From positions 1,152 through 65,151 of the forward strand of contig JBOHKH010000012.1 of assembly GCA_050728995.1 (NCBI GenBank): a DNA stretch of 64,000 nt, in the 5' to 3' direction. The notes under the pieces were generated by a model. It saw only the letters and a program-made list of their open reading frames with translations, had not been told where the DNA came from and did no database searches. Shown piece by piece: positions 54,369-62,295 of this stretch. The stretch comes from Rhizomicrobium sp. GTDB taxonomy: Bacteria; Pseudomonadota; Alphaproteobacteria; Micropepsales; Micropepsaceae. Within the stretch, counting starts at the first letter, position 1. Each line of letters begins with the position of its first letter. The translations under genes and the position numbers were made by a program.

Positions 54369-54476
54369 CTCTCTCAGGCCTGATCGTATCCTTATCGATA
54401 CGAAGAGCGGGGCGCCTGCTCGGCGTGCTTACCGGACAACAACGTGCGGCCGGCGCGGGTGTTCCCACGCCAGCTC

Positions 54477-55004
54477 TCAGGGGACGCGCACCGTTTTTTT
54501 GGCCGCTTCGAAGCGACGGGCCATTTCGTGGCGTTCTTCGTCGGAGAAGTGATCGCGGATGTCCGACCAGATGTTGCGTTCCTCTTCCTCGACATGGTGC
54601 TGCACAAGGTCTCTCAGCACTTTGGCTGCGGCACCGAATTCGGGCGTACGGGCATTGGCGATCGTGCCAAGCTTCGCAAGCATCTTGTCGCCCAGTTGGT
54701 GCTCCAGATAACCTTCCTCGCCGTCTTCACGGTTCTTTCCGCCTTTGACGCGCACGATCGCGTCGTAAACGGTCTTTTCTTCCGCGCGGAGGTGGGGAAC
54801 AAGCGCTGCCCTGATCTGCCTGAGCAGGCTTTTTCTTTCGCTACCGCTTTCACTTTCAACGAGCCGGGTGAGAAGCCCTTCGACTTCGTCGTGATCCTTG
54901 CCAAGCTTGTCGAGGATGTCGCTGTCCTCCCGCCCGGCTTTCGCGGTTGACAGCATCTTTCCGACGGTTCTACCGGCCTTTTTGGCGGTATGCTCAAGAT
55001 CCAT
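54477..55004 (-). CDS. hemerythrin-domain protein
   Basis: Hemerythrin-type His/Glu pattern (KDHDEVE, VPHLRAEEKTVY, EHQL, QHHVEEEERNIW). Confidence 0.75.
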   Translation of the reverse strand: MDLEHTAKKAGRTVGKMLSTAKAGREDSDILDKLGKDHDEVEGLLTRLVESESGSERKSLLRQIRAALVPHLRAEEKTVYDAIVRVKGGKNREDGEEGYLEHQLGDKMLAKLGTIANARTPEFGAAAKVLRDLVQHHVEEEERNIWSDIRDHFSDEERHEMARRFEAAKKTVRVP

Positions 55005-55037
55005 TGCGATTTTCCTCTGCTGCAGGTCTCGCCGCAG

Positions 55038-55062
55038 AACGCATCGTCGGGAAGGGGGTTCC
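55038..55062 (-). promoter_or_regulatory. EcfG-type promoter motif GGAAC-N16-CGTT
   Basis: Minus strand reads GGAAC ccccttcccgacgatg CGTT, 34 nt upstream of ATG 55004. Confidence 0.6.
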
Positions 55063-55232
55063 TCGCCCGGAACCCAAAAGCATTGCGGGCTTCAATTTCC
55101 GAACGAGCCGCCTGTCATTCCCGCGAAGTGCGGCGTGAAACCTGGTGCCCGGACTGCAGCCGGGAGGACCGCCATCCGGGCTGACGCATCGACCCGGTAG
55201 TGCTATCAGGCAGAATCTGTTTCGGATATCCC

Positions 55233-55436
55233 ATGATGAAAATCCCGGCGGCCCTTCTTTGTCTTTGCCTGTTTTTCCACTGCTCCGACACCGTGTTCGC
55301 TGCGGCTGCGACCCACGCGCCGATCGTCAATCCCGCCCGCATTGTCAAAAGTTCGGACGCACAGGCCGCGAAGAGCTACTCCTTGTGCGGCGCGCGCAGA
55401 ATTTTCGCGCGCTTCGGCTTCGCAACTACTCCCTGA
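55233..55436 (+). pseudogene. modA: internally deleted modA remnant (molybdate-binding protein N- and C-terminal ends only)
   Basis: The 67-aa ORF reads MMKIPAALLCLCLFFHCSDTVFAAA... and ends ...IVKSSDAQAAK..ARRIFARFGFATTP. The first part matches a signal peptide plus the ModA TVFAAAS motif. The end matches the ModA C-terminal ..A..IF.kyGF motif. About 190 central residues are missing. It sits 8 nt upstream of modB. Confidence 0.5.
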
Positions 55437-55443
55437 CCTTCCG

Positions 55444-56127
55444 TTGCTTACCTTTGCCGAAAGCCAAGCCCTGCTGCTCAGCCTGCGCGTCTCCGGCGTT
55501 GGGGTCGCAGGAGCGCTTCCGCTTGCCTTTGCTGCCGCCCTCCTGCTCTCGCGGCATTTTCCCGGCCGCGCGATCGCCGAGGCCCTGCTGCATCTCCCGC
55601 TCGCACTTCCGCCGGTGGTCGTGGGCTATCTTCTGCTTGTCCTTCTCGGACCACGCGAAGCAGCGGGTGCCTGGCTCATTGCCCATCTCGGCATTCGATT
55701 CGCCTTCAGCTGGAGCGGCGCGGCGCTTGCCTCCGGCCTGATCACCTTCCCCCTTCAGTACCGCGCGATCCGCCTTTCGCTTCAGGCCCAGGAACGCGGG
55801 CTCGCAGAAGCGGCGGCGACTCTGGGCGCAGGGGCATGGGATCGTCTCCTCAATCTCACGCTGCCCTTGGCGCTTCCGGGAATCGTCGCCGGCGCCGTAA
55901 CCGCATTTGCCGCCAGCCTCGGGGAATTCGGCGCGATCATCACCTTCGTGTCCAACATTCCCGGCGAAACACGCACGCTCCCGCTTGCGATCTACACCGC
56001 GCTGCAGGAGCCCGCCCAAGAGGCAGAGGCGGCGCGTCTGGCCGCAATTTCCATCGCGCTCGCGCTCGCCGGGATAATGCTCGCAGCGATCGCCGAGCGG
56101 CACCTGCGGGCGGCAATCGAATCGTGA
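55444..56127 (+). CDS. modB: molybdate ABC transporter permease
   Basis: MLTFAESQALLLSLRVSG..HLPLALPPVVVGYLLL and EAA-loop LAEAAATLGAGAWDRLLNLTLPLALPGI. TTG 55444 gives the canonical ModB N-terminus; the track ATG 55342 overlaps the modA remnant. Confidence 0.85.
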   Translation: MLTFAESQALLLSLRVSGVGVAGALPLAFAAALLLSRHFPGRAIAEALLHLPLALPPVVVGYLLLVLLGPREAAGAWLIAHLGIRFAFSWSGAALASGLITFPLQYRAIRLSLQAQERGLAEAAATLGAGAWDRLLNLTLPLALPGIVAGAVTAFAASLGEFGAIITFVSNIPGETRTLPLAIYTALQEPAQEAEAARLAAISIALALAGIMLAAIAERHLRAAIES

Positions 56128-57203
56128 GCATCGAAGTCCGACTTCGCCACAGCTTCGGCGATTTCTCGCTGGATGCGGCTTTTCGCGCCGAACGGCCGGG
56201 GGTCACGGCGCTGTTCGGCGCCTCCGGTTCGGGGAAGTCTACGATCGTCAATGCGATCGCCGGGCTGCTGCACCCCCAAACGGGCCGCGTGGTTCTCGAC
56301 GGACAAACCGTGACCGACACCGAGCGGCGCGTGTTCGTCCCCGCCAGACTGCGGCGTACACCCTGCGTGTTCCAGAATTCACGCCTGTTTCCGCATCTTT
56401 CGGTCGAGAAGAATCTTCTTTTCGGCTGGCGCAGAGTTGCGCAGCGCGCATCGAAGCGCGATTACGACGAAATTCTCGATCTGCTTGGGCTGGCGCCGCT
56501 GCTGGCGCGCAAGCCTGCGCGGCTTTCCGGCGGCGAGAAGGGTCGCGTCGCGCTCGGTCGCGCGCTCCTGGCCTCGCCGCGCCTTTTGCTGCTTGACGAA
56601 CCGTTAGCGGCGCTCGATGCCGCGCGAAAATCGGAAATTCTCCCTTATCTGGAGCGTCTGCGCGACCTGGCCCGCGTGCCGATGATCTATGTGACGCACT
56701 CGACCGAAGAAGTTGCACGCCTGGCGGACAATCTGATTGTCATCGACAGGGGCCAGGTCGCGGGGCAGGGAAGCGTGTTCGATCTCCTGTCGGACCCGGA
56801 GCTCGGGCCTCTCGTGCCCACCCGGGACGCGGTGTTTCCCGCAATTATCCTGAACCAACGGGCGGATCGGCTGACGGTTCTCGGTTTCGAAGGGGGCGAA
56901 CTGCTCGTTCCGCATCTCGAAAGGCCGGCCGGAACGCGTCTGCGTGTCCGGCTCCGGGCGGACGAGGTCATGCTGGCCCGGCGCGCGCCCGAGGAGATCA
57001 GCGCCAACAATGTACTTGCCGCGCAGATCGTCGCGGTCGAAACAGCGGACGGGGATCGGGCGGTCGTCCGGCTGCTTTGCGGAAACCTGAAATTTGCTTC
57101 GCGGATCACTCGGGCGTCTCGCGATCGGCTGGGCCTCGTCGCCGGCCAGCGCGTCTTTGCGATCGTCAAATCCGTCACTATCGAGCCGCAGCTCGGGCCC
57201 TGA
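56124..57203 (+). CDS. modC: molybdate ABC transporter ATP-binding protein
   Basis: Walker A GASGSGKST, signature LSGGEKGRVAL, Walker B LLLDEP and a C-terminal Mop/TOBE-like domain. GTGA overlap with the modB stop. Confidence 0.9.
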   Translation: MSIEVRLRHSFGDFSLDAAFRAERPGVTALFGASGSGKSTIVNAIAGLLHPQTGRVVLDGQTVTDTERRVFVPARLRRTPCVFQNSRLFPHLSVEKNLLFGWRRVAQRASKRDYDEILDLLGLAPLLARKPARLSGGEKGRVALGRALLASPRLLLLDEPLAALDAARKSEILPYLERLRDLARVPMIYVTHSTEEVARLADNLIVIDRGQVAGQGSVFDLLSDPELGPLVPTRDAVFPAIILNQRADRLTVLGFEGGELLVPHLERPAGTRLRVRLRADEVMLARRAPEEISANNVLAAQIVAVETADGDRAVVRLLCGNLKFASRITRASRDRLGLVAGQRVFAIVKSVTIEPQLGP

Positions 57204-57290
57204 CGGCGGGTTCATCGAATCCCGCGTCGGCGTTGCGAAAGACCAGTCCGTTGGTCATTGTGGTGCAGGCGACCCTCTTCGGAGCCCCGC

Positions 57291-57848
57291 ATGCCGCTGA
57301 TCCCTTATGCCGACCTGGACCATTCGCCCCAGGAAGTGCGGGAGGCGTTCGCGCGGATGCCCTGCAAGCTCAACGTCATGAAGATGCTCGCCAATGCCGC
57401 GTGCGATTTCGTGCCCTGCATGCGGCTCGGCGGCGCCATCCTCGGACGCCAGAAGCTGAAGCCGGTCCATCGCGAATTCGTCGTCCTGCTCGTCTCGCAT
57501 CTCGAGGGTGGGACGTACGAATGGGTACAGCACGTCCCGATTGCCGAATCGGTCGGTTGCCGCAAGGAACAGATCGCGGCCATCGAGGCTGGCCGCCTCG
57601 ACGATTCCGCTTTCGATGAAAGGGACAAGGCACTGCTGCAACTTGTTCGCGAGATCGTCGAGCACGTTCGGGCGGACGAGCAGACAGTGCTGACCGCTGC
57701 AAATCACTTCTCCCAGCAGGAGATCGTCGAGGTCATCGTCACCTGCGGGTTTTACATGATGCTCGCGCGCCTCACGGAAACCACCCGTACCGACACCGAT
57801 ACGCCTTCGGGCACAGCCGTGGTGGACGAGCTGGTCCGGCTCAGGTGA
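57291..57848 (+). CDS. carboxymuconolactone decarboxylase (AhpD-like) family protein
   Basis: MPLIPYADLDHSPQEVREAF...EFVVLLVSHLEGGTYEWVQH pattern. Confidence 0.75.
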   Translation: MPLIPYADLDHSPQEVREAFARMPCKLNVMKMLANAACDFVPCMRLGGAILGRQKLKPVHREFVVLLVSHLEGGTYEWVQHVPIAESVGCRKEQIAAIEAGRLDDSAFDERDKALLQLVREIVEHVRADEQTVLTAANHFSQQEIVEVIVTCGFYMMLARLTETTRTDTDTPSGTAVVDELVRLR

Positions 57849-58308
57849 ACGGGCCGGCGCGGGATTCAGCGGTATCCTTCGTCGCGGGAGCCCGGAATAC
57901 GAAGCGTGCCGACACCATGAAATTGAAGACGAGCCCGACGAGGGTGCCTGCCACGATCGCAACGAGTGGATTTCCGAGCGGCGGGGCGGCGAACGTCACG
58001 AACAGACAATAGACGGCGAAATTGGCGAGCGCGCCGAGACTGTTCCCGACAAGAAACGCGAACCATTCGCGGGCGATGCCCCGCGATGCGGCGCGGTCGC
58101 GGAAGGTGAGCGTGCGGTTGCCCCACCAGGTAAACGTGACCGCGACAAGGAAAGCCACCGGCCAGCCGCTGTACTTGTCGAGACCGGCGAGATGCAGCGC
58201 GAGATAAAGCGCGATCCAGTTGACGACGAACCCGACCGTTCCCACCAGCGCGAAACGCAGGAAGCGGATTTCGTGAACGCGCCGGATGCCGGCTAGAGCG
58301 GACTTCAC
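57841..58308 (-). CDS. GtrA-family membrane protein
   Basis: FLRFALVGTVGFVVNWIALYL and four TM helices. GTG 58308 overlaps the upstream GT2 stop (GTGA). Confidence 0.8.
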   Translation of the reverse strand: MKSALAGIRRVHEIRFLRFALVGTVGFVVNWIALYLALHLAGLDKYSGWPVAFLVAVTFTWWGNRTLTFRDRAASRGIAREWFAFLVGNSLGALANFAVYCLFVTFAAPPLGNPLVAIVAGTLVGLVFNFMVSARFVFRAPATKDTAESRAGPFT

Positions 58309-59288
58309 GGCAACCTCAGATCGTGCGGGCCGGGCATGCGCAGATAGGCCGTGCGCTTCACCTCCCAACGGCCGCGCGTCACCGTGTCCAGTATGAGACC
58401 GCTGGCGAGCGACAGGACACCGAGCGACATCAGCGCGGTCGCGAGAACCGCCGAAGGCAGCCGCGGCACGAGACCGGTCCGGAAGTACTCGACCACGACC
58501 GGCGTACCGAGAATGAGAGAACCGATCGCCAGGAGGACGAAGAGGCCGGTAAAAAAGGTGAGCGGCCGCTCTTCGCGGACGAGGCCGACAATGGTGAAGA
58601 GGATTCGAAATCCGTCGCCCCAGGTGCTCAGCTTGCTCACCGACCCGGCCGGGCGCTCCTTGTAGCGCGTTTCCACTTCTATCATCGGCATGAGGAGGCG
58701 CACCGCATGCACCGTCAGTTCCGTTTCGATGCCGAATCCTTCGGCGGTGAACGGAAACGATTTCACGAATCGGCGCGACATGACGCGATAGCCGGTCAGC
58801 AGGTCGGCGATCTCGACCCGGAACATGGCGGCAGTGAGACCGGTGAGCAGGTGGTTTCCGAAGAGGTGTCCGGTCCGGTAGGCGTGTTCGCCCACGGCCA
58901 GGCGGCGGCCTGACACGATGTCGTAGCCGCCTTCGACGAGCGTGCGCACCAGCGCGGGCGCCGCGGCCGAATCATAAGTATCGTCGCCGTCGACCAGCAC
59001 GTATATGTCGGCCTCGACGTCTGCGAACATCCGCCGGACCACATTGCCTTTCCCGCGGCGCTCCTCGAGGCGCACTACCGCGCCGGCATCGCGGGCCCGC
59101 GTCGCCGTCGAATCCTGGGAACAGTTGTCATAGACGTAGATGATGGCGGTCGGCAGCGAAGCGCGAAAATCGTGAACCACCTGGCCGATGGCCGCTTCCT
59201 CATTGTAACAGGGCACGAGCACCGCGATGCGCGCGTGCGTTTCGCCAGTGCGGGCGTAAGCCGGGCGCCCCGCCGGTGTCTCGTTCAT
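58305..59288 (-). CDS. family-2 glycosyltransferase (polyprenyl-phosphate sugar synthase-like)
   Basis: IAVLVPCYNEE, VYDNCSQDST and VLVDGDDTYD, with C-terminal TM helices. ATG 59288 overlaps the upstream stop (ATGA). Confidence 0.85.
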   Translation of the reverse strand: MNETPAGRPAYARTGETHARIAVLVPCYNEEAAIGQVVHDFRASLPTAIIYVYDNCSQDSTATRARDAGAVVRLEERRGKGNVVRRMFADVEADIYVLVDGDDTYDSAAAPALVRTLVEGGYDIVSGRRLAVGEHAYRTGHLFGNHLLTGLTAAMFRVEIADLLTGYRVMSRRFVKSFPFTAEGFGIETELTVHAVRLLMPMIEVETRYKERPAGSVSKLSTWGDGFRILFTIVGLVREERPLTFFTGLFVLLAIGSLILGTPVVVEYFRTGLVPRLPSAVLATALMSLGVLSLASGLILDTVTRGRWEVKRTAYLRMPGPHDLRLP

Positions 59289-60892
59289 GGCGTCGTGGTC
59301 CGTGCGCGCGAGAGTGGACAAAAAAGATAGGGTCCGGCGAGATTCGTCACGATATTTCGGCATTCCCCGGCCCGCATGGCAAGCCCGTAGGCGGCGAGCG
59401 CATCGCGGCTGCGCAGGATCTCGCCGGCATCGGCGATGACAAAAATGTCCCCGCGAAAGGATTCCACCCGTCGGCGGGCTTCTGCGGTCAGTCTCGATCC
59501 GTCCCGCGGCTGGATAAGCCAGCCGTCGATTCGAAGCACGGGAATCTGAGCCGGCAATGACGGCACCAGATAGCCGAGCGGCGCTTCACCGGTCATCAGG
59601 ACCATGGTCCGGGACGCATGGGGAATGGGCGGGAGCGAGACCTGCACATACGGGTCGCTGACGGGAGCGCGCCCCGATTCGTACATTCTCGTACAGGCCA
59701 GGACGCCGACCAGGATCAGCGCCGCCGAAACGATTCGCGCTCGCGCCGACACCGGCCACAGCCCCACCGCGGCCGCGATCAGGAGCGGGGCGAGCATTTC
59801 GAGCACCAGAATGTAACGGTAGATGGCGAAGACCTTGAGCCAGGCAATGTAGGAGACGGCGGCGAACGCCATGAGCGCGGCCGCGACATCGCCCGAGACA
59901 ACGCGGTTTTCCCGCCGCCGCGTCGCCAGCCAGACAGGAACGGTGGCGATGACGAGAACATAGGCGACGCCGACCCGGATGTCGCGGAACGGCAGATCGT
60001 CGGCCACGCGCCAGTCCAGCGAGAACAGCAGCGGAAAGAGAAGCTGGTGAACCAGGGTGTGCGGTATGAAGCGCATGTCGCGATAGGGCGCGGCGAGCGC
60101 CAGCGGCGAATGAAAGTACTGGTTGAAATACGGAAAGATCGGGTTGCCGGTCAGCCGGGTCATTTCCGCCATCCAGTACCCGTCGAACAGCGCAAATCCC
60201 GCGAGTCCGCCCAGCGCCGCCGCGCCAAGCCGCGCCATGCGCCGTCCAGCACTTCCCGGCAACACGGCGAGCGCCGCCGCCAGGCCGAGCGCAAACGGTG
60301 CTTCCGGCAATTTCAACCCCACCGAGGAGCCCACCAGAAAGGCGGCGCCGGCAGCCACGAACATGCTTTGGACGAAGCTTCCCTCCGCGAGTTTCGCGCG
60401 CTGTGCGACGACCAGCGCGAGACCGGAGAGCACCAGGAAACTCATCACGTTGTCGTAATAGGTCGCGCCGGCGAGATAGAGATTGAGACTTCCCAGCATG
60501 GAAAGAAGCGCCAGAACCGCGCAGACCCATCGGTGCCCCTCGATGCGCAGGAGCGAACGGCAGAGAAAATAGAGCGGCACGACGCTTGCGCCCTGCACCG
60601 CGCCGAGAATGCCAAGCGCGAGCCACGCTTTCAGGTGCGTCGCGAGCAGATAATAGGGAATGTCGAGGAACGGGTTGTAATAGGTCGCCTGGTGCGCGAC
60701 CGCGATGTCGAATCCGAGGCGCCCGTGAAGAAAGGCGTACGGAATGTACCAATGATAGTTGCGGAAGTCCCAGGACGCATCCTTTCCGCGCGCGACCACC
60801 ATCGCCGACCAGCCGAGAACCGTTGCCGCCAGGAAGGAGATTTCCCAGAACGCAAGTTTCGAGCGGCTGGCGAGGGTGACCGGAGAGCGCAT
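59285..60892 (-). CDS. polytopic GT-C-type glycosyltransferase (DUF2029/GT87-like)
   Basis: 535 aa. N-terminal loop KDASWDFRNYHWYIPYAFLHGRLGFD...YYNPFLDIPYY followed by more than 10 TM helices. Confidence 0.75.
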   Translation of the reverse strand: MRSPVTLASRSKLAFWEISFLAATVLGWSAMVVARGKDASWDFRNYHWYIPYAFLHGRLGFDIAVAHQATYYNPFLDIPYYLLATHLKAWLALGILGAVQGASVVPLYFLCRSLLRIEGHRWVCAVLALLSMLGSLNLYLAGATYYDNVMSFLVLSGLALVVAQRAKLAEGSFVQSMFVAAGAAFLVGSSVGLKLPEAPFALGLAAALAVLPGSAGRRMARLGAAALGGLAGFALFDGYWMAEMTRLTGNPIFPYFNQYFHSPLALAAPYRDMRFIPHTLVHQLLFPLLFSLDWRVADDLPFRDIRVGVAYVLVIATVPVWLATRRRENRVVSGDVAAALMAFAAVSYIAWLKVFAIYRYILVLEMLAPLLIAAAVGLWPVSARARIVSAALILVGVLACTRMYESGRAPVSDPYVQVSLPPIPHASRTMVLMTGEAPLGYLVPSLPAQIPVLRIDGWLIQPRDGSRLTAEARRRVESFRGDIFVIADAGEILRSRDALAAYGLAMRAGECRNIVTNLAGPYLFCPLSRARTTTP

Positions 60893-60926
60893 AAGACCGA
60901 AGGAATCGCGAAGCGCGCAAGCTAGC

Positions 60927-62033
60927 CTAACAGGCCGGCCGCGCGGAAATTACTTGTGCCCCCGGTCTCCCGGGCGCCTCGCCGACCGGCAGATTGGAAA
61001 GAAACTGGTCTGTGCAATTCTGCCAGGAGCGGGCGAGCGCGAACGCACGGGCATCTGCGCGCGGAATGTCCAATGCGCGCAGGCAGGCCCGGCGGAGATC
61101 CGCATCCAGTACCGCGATGGGCGCGTCGCCCAGCACGTCGCGGGGTCCCTGGACCGGAAATGCCGCGACGGGCACGCCGCAGGCGAGAGCCTCCAGGATG
61201 ACCAGCCCGAACGTATCGGTCAGGCTCGGAAACACGAACACGTCGCTCGCCGCGTAATGGCGGACGAGGTCTTCGTCCGCTTTCGAACCCAGAAACCGCA
61301 CCGCGGGATAGGTGCGGGCAAGGCGCGTTCGCGCAGGACCATCGCCGATGACGAGCTTGGTCCCCGGCAGGTCGAGACGGAGGAAGGCTTCGATATTCTT
61401 TTCGACGGCAATGCGTCCGACATAGAGCCAGATCGGGCGCGCAAACGGGAGCGACGCGCCGGAAATCGGCCGGAACAGATCCACGTCGACGCCGCGCGAC
61501 CAGACGCGCACATTGGAAAATCCGTTGGCCTCGAGTTCCGCACGCAGGGACTCGGTGGCGACCATCACAGCGCTCGCCGGCGCGTGGAACCAGCGCAGAA
61601 AAGCGTAAACTGCGGGCTTGGGAACGAACCGGAAGCGCGTATTCACATATTCGGGAAACCGGGTGTGAAACGAGGTGGTGAACGGCAGCGCGCGATCCCG
61701 GCAGATCGCGCGCGCGCTCATGCCGATCGTTCCTTCCGTGGCGATGTGGACCGCGTCGGGCGCGAATTCGTCCACCAGGCGCTCGAGTTTGCGGCGCGGC
61801 AGGACCGCCAGCCGGATTTCGGGATAGGTCGGAAGCGGCACCGTGAAGCGTCCCAGCGGCGTCGCATAGCGGACCTGGGACCCGCGCGCCTCCAGATCGC
61901 GTCCGAGCGTTTCGAGTGTGCGAACGACACCATTGACCTGGGGCGCCCAAGCGTCCGTGAAGATGAGAATCCGGCTCGGCGGCGGGAAGCGTTGCCCCTC
62001 CGACGCGTCGGCGGGATGCTCTTGAACGGCCAT
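60927..62033 (-). CDS. GT-B (family 4) glycosyltransferase
   Basis: RILIFTDAWAPQVNGVVRTL N-terminus and FPSLTDTFGLVILEALACGVPV (E-x7-E). ATG 62033 chosen; the track start 62339 spans an intergenic terminator. Confidence 0.85.
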   Translation of the reverse strand: MAVQEHPADASEGQRFPPPSRILIFTDAWAPQVNGVVRTLETLGRDLEARGSQVRYATPLGRFTVPLPTYPEIRLAVLPRRKLERLVDEFAPDAVHIATEGTIGMSARAICRDRALPFTTSFHTRFPEYVNTRFRFVPKPAVYAFLRWFHAPASAVMVATESLRAELEANGFSNVRVWSRGVDVDLFRPISGASLPFARPIWLYVGRIAVEKNIEAFLRLDLPGTKLVIGDGPARTRLARTYPAVRFLGSKADEDLVRHYAASDVFVFPSLTDTFGLVILEALACGVPVAAFPVQGPRDVLGDAPIAVLDADLRRACLRALDIPRADARAFALARSWQNCTDQFLSNLPVGEAPGRPGAQVISARPAC

Positions 62034-62156
62034 AACCCCGCTATTGCGCGAGCCGTGGCGGCCGTCAATGAGCCCCATCGCCAGTTTCCATCGCAGCCTT
62101 GCCGGCCTTGCATACCGGCTTTGAGCCCGATTTGGCCCCACCTGGGCGGAAACGTG

Positions 62157-62185
62157 TTGCAGCGCAACATGGCCATGGCCATAGT
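62157..62185 (+). promoter_or_regulatory. sigma70-like promoter TTGCAG-N17-CATAGT
   Basis: Exact 17-nt spacing. Both flanking genes are on the minus strand. Confidence 0.35.
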
Positions 62186-62191
62186 CGCGCC

Positions 62192-62283
62192 CGAGCGGTG
62201 TTGCCCACTTGCGCAATACCGCTGCCCTCCTGGGCGTTTCCTCCCTGAACTGGCCGCGCCGAAGGGCGCGGCCCCTTTTTTTC
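62192..62283 (+). ncRNA. candidate ~90-nt trans-acting sRNA with two CCUCC (anti-Shine-Dalgarno-like) loops and an intrinsic terminator
   Basis: Stem agcggt/accgct (62194-62222). Hairpin gccc-UCCU-gggc (62224-62235). Hairpin guu-UCCUCCCUG-aac (62236-62250). Terminator 62252-62273 plus a T run. Intergenic between two minus-strand genes. Confidence 0.4.
62252..62283 (+). terminator. rho-independent terminator (ggccgcgcc-gaag-ggcgcggcc-CCTTTTTTT)
   Basis: 9-bp GC stem, GAAG tetraloop, and a T7 run on the plus strand only. Confidence 0.7.
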
Positions 62284-62295
62284 ACCTTGCCGCTT

